DNA from: Lentisphaeria bacterium
Lineage (GTDB): Bacteria > Verrucomicrobiota > Lentisphaeria > Victivallales > UBA1829
Direction: 5' to 3'
NCBI GenBank assembly: GCA_017503375.1
Contig: JAFVTF010000009.1
Location: forward strand, 31,933-95,932
Length of the DNA: 64,000 nt
The notes under the pieces are model-generated. The model did no database searches. It worked only from the letters and a program-made list of their open reading frames with translations, and was not told where the DNA came from. Made by a program: the position numbers and the translations under genes. This document shows, in pieces, positions 52,002 to 61,166 of the stretch (positions are counted from its first letter, which is position 1; each line of letters opens with the position of its first letter).

Positions 52002-52781
52002 TTATCCGATAGTATATTTAGGTGTTAATTTTCTTGAGATCTCTTCCGCCGCCGCTTTCACGGTTTTACATACTCTTTTATGATAAGCAGCTGTATATTG
52101 TTCTTTTGTGATACTTGCCCCGAGTGCTGCAAAAAACACATCGTCACGCAGAACAGGATAAGCATAGATCCATTGAAATTCTTTTTCGCAAACAAGAAAA
52201 CCTGCTTCTTTCACTTTATCCAGATTTCCGTTCAAAGTCTTTTCATTTCCGAAGCCGGAAAGAAACGCGCCTCCTGCTTTCTTTTCCCTGCGGAAACAGG
52301 AAAGCCGCTCTTCTTCAGAACAGTTTGCGATCAGTAAAAGACCTGTTGCGGTTTCAAAAATATCATCATAACAGGGCTGTGTGATCCGGATATCCAATTC
52401 CCGGTTGCAGTTTTTGTGATAAAGCACATAACGCTTTCCGTGATATAATTGAGCTGTCAGAACGGATGTCTGCAGCTCTTCTGCACAACGGTCGATCACT
52501 GGAACCGCCTGATTCAGAAAATCCTGCTGAAATCTTGCAATGTTATTCATTGTCAGCAGTTTCGGTCCCGGAACATACCCCTGCTGACGGGAGACTTTCA
52601 GGATATATCCCATATCCAACAGCTGTTTCAGCAGACGGGAACAGGTTGCCCGGTTCAGGTTGAGTTTTTCCGCCAGCTGTGCAGGCAGCATCGGGGCCGG
52701 AGAGGAAATAACGATCTGCTCCAGAATAGAAAACGTTTTGTTGATTACGTTACCCAATGTTATCTCCTTTGATAAGTTCAT
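52002..52781 (-). CDS. IclR-family transcriptional regulator
   Basis: 259 aa with an N-terminal wHTH (LAEKLNLNRATCSRLLKQLLDMGYI) and a C-terminal IclR effector domain. Confidence 0.8.
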   Translation of the reverse strand: MNLSKEITLGNVINKTFSILEQIVISSPAPMLPAQLAEKLNLNRATCSRLLKQLLDMGYILKVSRQQGYVPGPKLLTMNNIARFQQDFLNQAVPVIDRCAEELQTSVLTAQLYHGKRYVLYHKNCNRELDIRITQPCYDDIFETATGLLLIANCSEEERLSCFRREKKAGGAFLSGFGNEKTLNGNLDKVKEAGFLVCEKEFQWIYAYPVLRDDVFFAALGASITKEQYTAAYHKRVCKTVKAAAEEISRKLTPKYTIG

Positions 52782-53330
52782 AATATGAAATTATTTATCT
52801 ATATGATAAAATATACATCGCATAAAATAAAAAATCAAGCAGACTTTTTAATTTTTTATCGGACTTGTTCCCATCCGGATAAAAGGATATAAAAAGGCAG
52901 GATTCCTGATTTTTCTCACAGATATCCCATAAGAGCTGTTAATTTTCTCTTTTAGAGGTAATTTCAAAAGTCCGGTAAAATTTGGCTGAAAAGAGATTGC
53001 TGATGAAATGGAAATGGTAGTTTGAGCGTGGCTACTCAAAGTGTAACCACCGAAAACGCTCCATTTTCAAATCTCTGCAAGAATTTTCAGACATTTTTGA
53101 AGACTTTTGAAATTGCCTCAAAGGGAAAATATCACTGCAAGACTTTTCATCATCAAAAATCGGGTCACAAATGGCAAAAAAAATTGCCAAAAAACAAGCA
53201 TGTGAAGACTTCAAGCAAAAATCTTCACGGATTCAGGTCTTTGTCAAGGATTTTCTTTGCCTCTGCCGTACAGAAAATGTATTTTCAAAGAGAGAAAACA
53301 CTCTTTTTTCATTTTTTTTTCAAAACGGGC

Positions 53331-53358
53331 TTGACTTTTTTCTGATGTGGTGTATATT
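53331..53358 (+). promoter_or_regulatory. sigma70-like promoter of tRNA-Gly
   Basis: TTGACT at 53331-53336 and (TG)TATATT ending at 53358, 16 nt upstream of the mature tRNA 5' end. Confidence 0.55.
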
Positions 53359-53374
53359 AACCGCATACAACCAA

Positions 53375-53449
53375 GCGGGCGTAGCTCAGTGGTAGAGCAT
53401 CTCGTTGCCAACGAGATGGTCGTGGGTTCGAGTCCCATCACCCGCTCCA
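53375..53449 (+). tRNA. tRNA-Gly (anticodon GCC)
   Basis: Hand-folded 75-nt cloverleaf: GCGGGCG acceptor (one C-A mismatch), D arm GCTC-AGTGGTA-GAGC, anticodon arm TCTCG-TTGCCAA-CGAGA, T loop TTCGAGT. The CCA is encoded. Confidence 0.88.
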
Positions 53450-53461
53450 TTCAAAATTTTC

Positions 53462-53491
53462 ATCACAGAGTAAAATCTGTGATTTTTTTTT
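53462..53491 (+). terminator. rho-independent terminator after tRNA-Gly
   Basis: ATCACAGA-gtaaaa-TCTGTGAT followed by a T9 run. Confidence 0.7.
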
Positions 53492-53567
53492 GCTCTGTTC
53501 CACACATGGGGTGGTAAATCTTTCTAACAATCACAAAGCCGCTTTTATCGGAAACTGAACCAGATTT

Positions 53568-54026
53568 TTACAGGTCCAGTGTCAGAGAATAGTGAATGTT
53601 TTCCGGACAGCCGGCAAACGGGAATTTTTTCTCATGGGTGATCCGGAATCCCATCTTCAAATAAAAGCCGGGAGCCTGAAATGTATTGGTGGTCAAATCA
53701 ATCTTTTCAGCACCGTTTTCTTTCGCATAAGATATAAATGATTCAAACAATTTTCTTCCGATTCCGTTCCCGCGGAAATTCTCTTCCAGAAAAAAGAAAT
53801 CCACAAAAATATGACGGGGATCATTTTTCCAGTGGAAAGAAATCCCCCCGTGTTTATCTCCGTTTTCATCACATGCAAGCAGGGCAAACTGTTCCTGATA
53901 CCGTTCCGCATGAACATCTATCCGCTTGGCTTTTGTCTTGGAGAGATTGTAAGTATAAAGCGCATCATGAATATCTGCAGAGTCACTGTAACGGTCCGAC
54001 AAACAGAAGGTGATTGACTGTTCCAT
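53568..54026 (-). CDS. GNAT-family N-acetyltransferase
   Basis: FRGNGIGRKLFESFISYAKENGAEKIDLTT...GFYLKMGF (acetyl-CoA binding motif A). The start at 54026 avoids overlap with the upstream gene. Confidence 0.75.
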   Translation of the reverse strand: MEQSITFCLSDRYSDSADIHDALYTYNLSKTKAKRIDVHAERYQEQFALLACDENGDKHGGISFHWKNDPRHIFVDFFFLEENFRGNGIGRKLFESFISYAKENGAEKIDLTTNTFQAPGFYLKMGFRITHEKKFPFAGCPENIHYSLTLDL

Positions 54027-54042
54027 GATACTCAGCCCCGCT

Positions 54043-55374
54043 TTATTCACTCTGCTTTTTGACCATTCCGGCAAAGACAATGGAAACGAACAGAGTCAGA
54101 GCGAGCAGCATGGGATAGAACAGATATTTGATCAAATCCAGAGAGGCAATTTCCAATCCGGCTCCTTTTGCCACACCGATTGCAATCAGGATTTGTGCGC
54201 CGTAGGGAATCAGCCCCTGAACCACACATGACATGGTGTCAAGAATACTTGAGATCCGTCTGGGGTCACAGTGAAATTTGTCGGAAAGCACCTTGGCGAT
54301 CGGTCCGGCGATCACAATTGCAACCGTATTGTTTGCAGTAAACAGGTTGATCATCCCGACCAGCAGAGCCACACCGAGTTCACAACCTTTTCTGCCGGAA
54401 ATCATCTTCTGGATCTTCTTCAGGAGATAACTGATTCCGCCGTTATGCCGGATCACCGCAAGAAGTCCGCCGGCAAGGATCGCAACGATCAGAGTTTCCG
54501 CCATGCCGAGCGTTCCCGCGCCTGTCTGTTTAAGCGCAGCGGCAAAAGTCAGATTTCCGGTAAAAATCCCGATTCCCATTGCAACAACGGAACCGAGGAA
54601 CAGCAATCCCATGACATTCATCCCGATCAAAGCTCCTGCCAGAATGGAGATGTACGGCAAAACCAGAACGATGGTTTTCCAGGTAATCGGATCAGAGACC
54701 GGAGCCGCAGAGAGATTTCTGCCGGTACACCAGTAGAGGAGCAATGTAAGAGCGGCGGCAGGCAGACTGATCTTCAAATTCATGAGGAACTTGTCTTTCA
54801 TAGCCACCTGCTGAGTTCTTGTAGCGGCAATGGTGGTATCGGAAATCATCGACATATTGTCCCCGAACATTGCCCCGCCGATAACGGTACCGATCATCAG
54901 AGCCGGAGAAACCTGCATGGACCCGATGAGTCCGATAGCGATGGGAGTCAATGCCGCAATGGTCCCGCAGCTGGTTCCGATGGCAAGAGAGATAAAACAG
55001 GAGATGAGGAAAAATCCGGGCAGGATCAGAGCTTCCGGAATCAGATGTCTTGCGACCAGCACGGTTGCATCCACTGCACCCATTGCCTTTGCGATGCTGC
55101 CGAATGCCCCGGCAAGAATAAAAATCAGACACATGATCATGATATTATTATCGCCCATACCGCGGGCATAGATTTCGATTTTGTCATTGAGGCTCTGTTT
55201 TCTGTCCTGAATCAGAGCTGCAGCGGAGGCGATGAGGAACGCCACCGGCATCGGAACGAAATAGAAATCGTTTTTCCAGATGGAGATTCCGAGATAAAAG
55301 ACGAGGAAAACGAAAAAGGGAATAAGTGCGCGGAATCGCGGACCGCGATCGGGAATAAGGTTTTGTCCGTTCAT
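54043..55374 (-). CDS. NhaC-family Na+/H+ antiporter-like transporter
   Basis: 443 aa and highly hydrophobic, with about 11-12 TM helices. Resembles NhaC/MleN family sequences. Confidence 0.7.
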   Translation of the reverse strand: MNGQNLIPDRGPRFRALIPFFVFLVFYLGISIWKNDFYFVPMPVAFLIASAAALIQDRKQSLNDKIEIYARGMGDNNIMIMCLIFILAGAFGSIAKAMGAVDATVLVARHLIPEALILPGFFLISCFISLAIGTSCGTIAALTPIAIGLIGSMQVSPALMIGTVIGGAMFGDNMSMISDTTIAATRTQQVAMKDKFLMNLKISLPAAALTLLLYWCTGRNLSAAPVSDPITWKTIVLVLPYISILAGALIGMNVMGLLFLGSVVAMGIGIFTGNLTFAAALKQTGAGTLGMAETLIVAILAGGLLAVIRHNGGISYLLKKIQKMISGRKGCELGVALLVGMINLFTANNTVAIVIAGPIAKVLSDKFHCDPRRISSILDTMSCVVQGLIPYGAQILIAIGVAKGAGLEIASLDLIKYLFYPMLLALTLFVSIVFAGMVKKQSE

Positions 55375-55521
55375 GAAAAACTCCGGTTGTTTATGTTATT
55401 CTGTTTTGAAAGTATTGCTGTAATTTAGCATGAAGGAATGATTTTTGCAAATATCGGTGGTACGGATTATTTTTTTTATACAGAAAAACCAAGACTTTTT
55501 TCTGATTTTTTATTTTTGCTC

Positions 55522-55550
55522 TTGATATTTCCGGAAAAGTAATGTATATT
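55522..55550 (+). promoter_or_regulatory. sigma70-like promoter of recJ
   Basis: TTGATA-N17-TATATT with TG upstream of the -10, about 30 nt before the recJ ATG. Confidence 0.45.
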
Positions 55551-55581
55551 GCGGTGTGTTTAAAGAAAGAAGAAAGGTAAA

Positions 55582-57303
55582 ATGGGTAACAAAATATGGG
55601 ATTGCTCGTCTGACGGAAAAGAAATCATAGCTGAGGAACTTGCCAGGGGAAAATCATTGCCCCGGGCTATTGCACTTTATTTAGTGTCACGTGGAATAGG
55701 TTTGAAGGATGTGGATGCATACTTTGATGCATCATTGGAATATCTCAGCGACCCGTTCCGGTTTCCGGGCATGGAAATTGCCGTCAAACGTTTATGGAAA
55801 GCGGTCGTCAACCGTGAACAGATCCTCATTCATGGGGATTATGATACGGACGGCGTCACCGCCACGGCTCTGTTGTCTCGAATTCTCGAACGCAACGGGG
55901 CTATCGTCACGAACTTTCTGCCGCACCGTTTTGATGACGGATACGGGTTCACACCCGAATCACTGGTCAAGGCATTGGAAACCACCGAAGGTCATTGCGG
56001 GGTCCTTGTCACGGTCGACTGCGGAATCAACAGCTGTGAAGCAGTGGAAGAAGCCTCCAGACGCGGAATTGATGTGATCATCACGGACCATCATGAACCG
56101 GGGAATATTCTGCCGGATGCCATTGCCAATATCAACCCGAAGATCCATCCGGAACTTGCGGATCTCCACAATCTCTCCGGAGTCGGCGTTGCGTTCAAAC
56201 TGGCACATGCGTTTCTGGATTACGGACGCCGCACAAGTCTCGGCGGATTCCTCACCAATCTGGAAGATGTGCTGGACTTTGTCGCACTCGGAACAGTGGC
56301 GGATATCGTCTCCCTGCTGGGAGAAAACCGTATTCTGGTGAAACAGGGTATGGAAGTCCTGAAACGGCAGGTCCGTCCGGGCGTCCGGGCATTGATTGAA
56401 GTTGCGCGGATCACCGGCGGCGGAATGAAACCTTCCGATATCACATTCAAACTGGCTCCCAGAATCAATGCCGCAGGCCGTCTGGGCAATGCGATCACTG
56501 CACTGGATCTGATGACCTCCTCCCGCATTGTGGATGCTTATAAATATGCAGACCAGCTGGAACAGTTCAATCAGAAGCGGCAGGCGAAAGAACAGGAAAT
56601 TTTCAGCGAAGCAAAACACCTTGTGGAATCCGATCCGGCATTCCATGACCGTTACTCCATCGTTGCCGCCGGAGAGGATTGGCATCAGGGCGTGATCGGT
56701 ATCGTGGCAAGCCGCTTTGCAAGGGATTACAACCGTCCGGCAATCGTTCTCACCATTCAGAACGGGGAAGCTCACGGTTCCGGCCGCAGCGTCGGAAAAC
56801 TGAACCTCATCAATATTCTGACAAAATGTTCCAAACATCTGACCCGTTACGGCGGACACCCGATGGCTGTCGGACTCGGTTTGCGAGAAGAAGATATTCC
56901 GGCATTCCAGGCTGAATTTGAAAAATGTGTCAGAAATGAATTGACCTCTGAAGATCTGGCTGACAAAGTCAATTATGACGGAACAGTTGCGATCGGGGAT
57001 ATCGGAGATGAGTTTTTCAATTATTACGAAAAACTCGGACCGTTCGGACATGGAAACCCGCAGCCCTGTTACCGGATCAAATCAGCCGAAATCGTCCGTA
57101 CCTTTGCAATCAAATCCGGACACACCAAAGGAATTCTCCGGGATTCCAACGGCGACACCATAGATTTCATTGCATTCAATATGCAGTTGGATCCCCATAC
57201 GACATGGGATGTTCTGGCAATACCCCAGATCAATGAATATTACGGGGAACGCAGACGTCAGCTGCAAATCATTGATGTGAAAGCATCTTTCAAGGATGAG
57301 TAA
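55582..57303 (+). CDS. recJ: single-stranded-DNA-specific exonuclease RecJ
   Basis: 573 aa with DHH motifs (ILIHGDYDTDGVTA, TVDCG, ITDHH) and a DHHA1 domain (GGHPMAVG). Confidence 0.93.
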   Translation: MGNKIWDCSSDGKEIIAEELARGKSLPRAIALYLVSRGIGLKDVDAYFDASLEYLSDPFRFPGMEIAVKRLWKAVVNREQILIHGDYDTDGVTATALLSRILERNGAIVTNFLPHRFDDGYGFTPESLVKALETTEGHCGVLVTVDCGINSCEAVEEASRRGIDVIITDHHEPGNILPDAIANINPKIHPELADLHNLSGVGVAFKLAHAFLDYGRRTSLGGFLTNLEDVLDFVALGTVADIVSLLGENRILVKQGMEVLKRQVRPGVRALIEVARITGGGMKPSDITFKLAPRINAAGRLGNAITALDLMTSSRIVDAYKYADQLEQFNQKRQAKEQEIFSEAKHLVESDPAFHDRYSIVAAGEDWHQGVIGIVASRFARDYNRPAIVLTIQNGEAHGSGRSVGKLNLINILTKCSKHLTRYGGHPMAVGLGLREEDIPAFQAEFEKCVRNELTSEDLADKVNYDGTVAIGDIGDEFFNYYEKLGPFGHGNPQPCYRIKSAEIVRTFAIKSGHTKGILRDSNGDTIDFIAFNMQLDPHTTWDVLAIPQINEYYGERRRQLQIIDVKASFKDE

Positions 57304-57336
57304 ACAAACGGGGCTGTTGCAAAACTTAAATATTTA

Positions 57337-57394
57337 GCTCTGTTCCCAACAGCAGAAGGATTTACCAACCTGTATGGGGAACAGCGCTTTTTTA
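57337..57394 (+). terminator. rho-independent terminator after recJ, built from the GCTCTGTTCCC motif
   Basis: GCTCTGTTCCC-N29-GGGAACAGCGC followed by T6. Confidence 0.6.
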
Positions 57395-57467
57395 TAAAAT
57401 TCCTGACATATATCAGTCCTCAAAGGGAAGCTGCCGGAGGAAAAACATTGTGTTTTTCAACAGCCCC

Positions 57468-57495
57468 TTGAAATTTCCGGAAACCGTGCTAAATT
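57468..57495 (+). promoter_or_regulatory. sigma70-like promoter with extended -10 (TTGAAA-N16-TGcTAAATT)
   Basis: Read directly from the sequence. It lies about 160 nt upstream of the lipoprotein ATG, with a U-tract structure in between. Confidence 0.4.
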
Positions 57496-57653
57496 ATATG
57501 CAACAGGATGATTTTCAAAAGAAATAAACGGAGGAAAAATTAAACGGTTGCACTCTGATAACCGCTGAATTTCGTTATTCCGGAGAAAAGGAACCTTTTC
57601 CGGATGTCCGTTGTTTTTTTTGAAAATACTTAGACAGAAAGGATTTGCACAAA

Positions 57654-58052
57654 ATGAAAATAAAGATCATTCAGGTATTTGTACTGTCTCTTGCCGTTGT
57701 TTTACTGAGCGGCTGCGCAATCAGCCGGAATAATGACAGATCTTTCTGGGATGTGATCCAGCATTTTGAAAAAAACGGGATCCATGTGGAATCCGTAAAT
57801 CCTTTGGATACAAGACAAGTGAAGGCAGTAAGAGCGTATGCCTTTACCATAGGGGAACGCCAGGTCGGCGTTTATAAGTATGACAGTAACGATCAAAAAC
57901 ACAAGGAGAAACTGCGCCGCGTAGACGAAACAGGCGTTTTCTATGTGGTGGGGATCCGTTTCAAAGCAATCCGGAACGGTTCTTTTATTCTCATTGATTT
58001 TGAGAAACATCCGCAGAAAGCAGCCATCGTTAACGCATTTCAAACATTTTGA
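57654..58052 (+). CDS. small lipoprotein, function unknown
   Basis: MKIKIIQVFVLSLAVVLLSGC lipobox. The ATG at 57654 follows an AAAGGA RBS. The track ORF starts at TTG 57645. Confidence 0.7.
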   Translation: MKIKIIQVFVLSLAVVLLSGCAISRNNDRSFWDVIQHFEKNGIHVESVNPLDTRQVKAVRAYAFTIGERQVGVYKYDSNDQKHKEKLRRVDETGVFYVVGIRFKAIRNGSFILIDFEKHPQKAAIVNAFQTF

Positions 58053-58420
58053 GGATCAACAAGTTGTAATATCCTGAACTTTTCCGGAAAAGGGTCGTGA
58101 TGTTCCGGAAAAAGAAAAGAGCCACTGTGTGGAAACGGGATATCTTTGATCGAGATGATTCTGAAAATAGGTGTTTTGGGGAGGGGCCCCAAGGTTTTGT
58201 TCAAGCGGGAATTCCGGAGTTCTTCCGGTATTGCGGATTTCACGCTTCGACAAAACAACCTTTTCAGAGCACCCCGGCAGAGTATTCCTTTCAAATCACA
58301 GCAGTGCAAAAAACAAAAGCATAAAATTGGATTTCAGGAAAAGCCGGGGCCGATGACGTTTTATTCCGTCACCGGGTCTCTTCCTTTTTTTGAAAATCCG
58401 GAAAGAAAGGAATGTTGTAA

Positions 58421-61141
58421 ATGACAACAGCCGCTCAGAAAAAGTACGTTTATCTTTTCGGAAAAGGAATTTCCGAAGGCCGCGCAGACATGAAGAACCT
58501 TCTCGGAGGAAAAGGTGCAAACCTTGCTGAAATGGCAATCCTCGGACTCCCCGTTCCGGCAGGTTTCACCATCACCACAGAATGCTGCGTGGATTACTTC
58601 AACAACGGCATGAAAATGCCCGAACAGCTCAAGAATGATGTCCCTGCCGCACTTGCAGAAGTTGAAAAACTCATGGGAATGAAATTCGGCGATCCCGAAA
58701 ATCCGCTCCTCATCTCCTGCCGCTCCGGTGCACGTTCCAGTATGCCCGGTATGATGGAAACAGTCCTCAACGTCGGTCTCTCCTCCGTCACAATCCCCGG
58801 ACTCATCAGGAAGACCGGAAATGAACGGTTCGTCTACGATGCTTACCGCCGTCTGATCATGATGTATTCTGACGTTGTGATGGAAAAAGCAGAAGGACTG
58901 GAACCCGCTGCCGGAAAAGGAATCCGCAAGCTCCTCGACGAAAAACTGGAAGAACTGAAAAAAGCAAAAGGTTATGCTTCCGATACAGATCTGACCGTGG
59001 AAGATTTGAAAGCTCTCTGCGAAGAATTCAAAGCGATCATCAAAAAAGAACTCGGAACAGAATTCCCCGATGATGCCATGGCTCAGCTCAATGGCGGTAT
59101 CGGCGCAGTTTTCAAAAGCTGGAACGGTAAAAAAGCTGTCGCTTACCGCAGAATCGAAGGCATTCCCGATGACTGGGGAACCGCTGTCAACGTGCAGTCC
59201 ATGGTTTTCGGAAACATGGGCGATACCTCCGCAACAGGTGTTGCCTTCACCCGTGACCCTGCAACAGGCGACAACAAATTCTATGGCGAATGGCTCATCA
59301 ATGCTCAGGGCGAAGACGTTGTGGCTGGAACCCGTACTCCCAACCCCTTGAATGATGACACCAAGAACGAACAGAACAAGCTTCTGCCCTCCATGCAGCA
59401 GCTTTATCCCGCTCTTTACAAGCAGCTCGATGATATCCGCACCAATCTGGAACAGCACTATCATGACATGCTGGATATTGAATTCACCATCCAGGAAGGT
59501 CATCTTTACATGCTCCAGTGCCGCGTTGGAAAACGCACCGGATGCGCAGCTGTCCACATGGCTCTGGATATGCTCAATGAAGGTCTTATTGATGAAAAGA
59601 CCGCTGTTCTCCGCGTAGCTCCTGCCCAGCTGGATGAACTGCTTCACCCGATCCTTGACGCAAAAGCTGAAAAAGCCGCTGCTGATAAACTCTTTGTGAA
59701 AGGACTTCCCGCAGGTCCCGGCGGTGCTGTCGGTAAAATCGTCTTCACCTCCGAAGACTCCATGGCTCTCTCCGCAAAAGGCATTGCAAATATCCTCGTC
59801 CGCGAAGAAACCAATCCGGAAGACGTGGAAGGTATGCGTTCTGCAAACGGTATTCTCACTTCCCGCGGCGGTATGACAAGCCATGCGGCTCTCGTTTGCC
59901 GCGGATGGGGGAAATGCTGTATTGTCGGCGCAGGAGAATTGGTTATCGACGAAGAAGCAAAAACCGTTTCCGCAGGCGGCTTCACATTCAAAGAAGGCGA
60001 TTACATCAGCTTGAACGGTTCCAAAGGTTATGCTTATGCAGGCGCAATCGACATGATGGACGCAAGCGAAAACACCGACTTCCAGGAATTCATGAAGCTG
60101 GTCGATAAATTCCGTACTCTCGGAGTCCGCACCAATGCCGACACCGCAGATGATGCAGCTGTCGCCCGCAAGTTCGGTGCTGAAGGAATCGGTCTCTTCC
60201 GTATTGAACACATGTTCTACGGCAAAAACAGTGAAGAACCGCTGTTTGCTCTCCGCAAGATGATCCTCTGCAGCAGTAAAGAAGAACGTATTGCTGCTCT
60301 CAATGAGCTTATGCCCATGATGAAAAAGAGCATCATCGCCACCTTCACCGCCATGAAGGGTCTGCCTGTAACCATCCGTCTGATGGATCCCCCTCTCCAT
60401 GAATTCGTTCCCAAAGCTGCTGACAAAGTCGCTCAGATCGCTGAAAGTCTGAACATCACCGTGGATGAAGTGGAAAAACGCGCTGAAGCGATCCACGAAT
60501 CCAACCCGATGATGGGACATCGCGGCTGCCGTCTGGGAGTGACCTTCCCCGAAGTCACCGCAATGCAGGCCCGCGCTATCTTTGAAGCTGGTATCGAATG
60601 CGGTATCGAACCGGAAATCATGATTCCTGTCACCTGCGACGGAAACGAACTGAAAGATCAGAAAGCCGTCATCAGCAAGGTCGCGGAAGAAGTGAAGAAA
60701 GACTTCAACCTTTCCGAACTCAAATACATGGTCGGTACCATGATCGAAATCCCCCGTGCTGCGATCCTCGCCGGAAGCATGGCTCAGGAAGCGGAATTCT
60801 TCTCCTTCGGTACCAATGACTTGACTCAGATGACATTCGGTTTCAGCCGCGATGACGTCGGAGCATTCCTGGGTGATTATCTTGACAAGAAGATTCTGCC
60901 TTCTGATCCGTTCCAGACCATTGATGTGGAAGGTGTCGGATTCCTGATCCGTCATGCAGTAACCGAAGGCCGCAAGGTCCGTTCCGATCTGAAGGTTGGT
61001 ATCTGCGGCGAACAGGGCGGGGAATCTGCTTCTGTTGCATTCTGCTATGCAATGGGCTTGAACTATGTTTCCTGCAGTCCATTCCGCGTACCCATCGCCA
61101 AACTGGCTTCTGCTCATGCAGCGATCGTTGCCGGCAAATAA
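58421..61141 (+). CDS. ppdK: pyruvate, phosphate dikinase
   Basis: 906 aa with an ATP-grasp N-terminus, the phospho-His motif TSRGGMTSHAALV, and a C-terminal PEP-utilising TIM barrel (GICGEQGG). Confidence 0.96.
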   Translation: MTTAAQKKYVYLFGKGISEGRADMKNLLGGKGANLAEMAILGLPVPAGFTITTECCVDYFNNGMKMPEQLKNDVPAALAEVEKLMGMKFGDPENPLLISCRSGARSSMPGMMETVLNVGLSSVTIPGLIRKTGNERFVYDAYRRLIMMYSDVVMEKAEGLEPAAGKGIRKLLDEKLEELKKAKGYASDTDLTVEDLKALCEEFKAIIKKELGTEFPDDAMAQLNGGIGAVFKSWNGKKAVAYRRIEGIPDDWGTAVNVQSMVFGNMGDTSATGVAFTRDPATGDNKFYGEWLINAQGEDVVAGTRTPNPLNDDTKNEQNKLLPSMQQLYPALYKQLDDIRTNLEQHYHDMLDIEFTIQEGHLYMLQCRVGKRTGCAAVHMALDMLNEGLIDEKTAVLRVAPAQLDELLHPILDAKAEKAAADKLFVKGLPAGPGGAVGKIVFTSEDSMALSAKGIANILVREETNPEDVEGMRSANGILTSRGGMTSHAALVCRGWGKCCIVGAGELVIDEEAKTVSAGGFTFKEGDYISLNGSKGYAYAGAIDMMDASENTDFQEFMKLVDKFRTLGVRTNADTADDAAVARKFGAEGIGLFRIEHMFYGKNSEEPLFALRKMILCSSKEERIAALNELMPMMKKSIIATFTAMKGLPVTIRLMDPPLHEFVPKAADKVAQIAESLNITVDEVEKRAEAIHESNPMMGHRGCRLGVTFPEVTAMQARAIFEAGIECGIEPEIMIPVTCDGNELKDQKAVISKVAEEVKKDFNLSELKYMVGTMIEIPRAAILAGSMAQEAEFFSFGTNDLTQMTFGFSRDDVGAFLGDYLDKKILPSDPFQTIDVEGVGFLIRHAVTEGRKVRSDLKVGICGEQGGESASVAFCYAMGLNYVSCSPFRVPIAKLASAHAAIVAGK

Positions 61142-61166
61142 GCCGGTAACGCTATCCGTTTTTTCC

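Noticed and set aside
52950-53000. AAAGTCCGG string reminiscent of the RNase P RNA P4 motif in the A/T-rich spacer
   Set aside because: The surrounding sequence lacks the GAGGAAAGUCCGGGC context, the other conserved RNase P regions and the expected GC-rich helices. It is a chance match.
53022-53395. ORFs of 107, 74 and 60 aa in the iclR to tRNA-Gly spacer
   Set aside because: They are Lys/Phe-rich and low in complexity, with no RBS. One runs through the tRNA-Gly promoter and into the tRNA itself, so they are not credible genes.
58053-58420. Possible degenerate family-2 repeat copy upstream of ppdK (shares CAAGCGGGAATTCCGG with CAAGCCGGAATTCC)
   Set aside because: The similarity is limited to a short segment that includes the generally abundant GGAATTCCGG palindrome. 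No alignment extends beyond it.
58361-61117. 918-aa ORF on the minus strand covering almost the entire ppdK gene
   Set aside because: It is exactly antisense to a 906-aa ORF with unmistakable pyruvate, phosphate dikinase motifs. Its translation is low-complexity (rich in F, G, C, H and D) with no recognisable domain. It is a shadow ORF caused by codon usage that avoids TTA, CTA and TCA.
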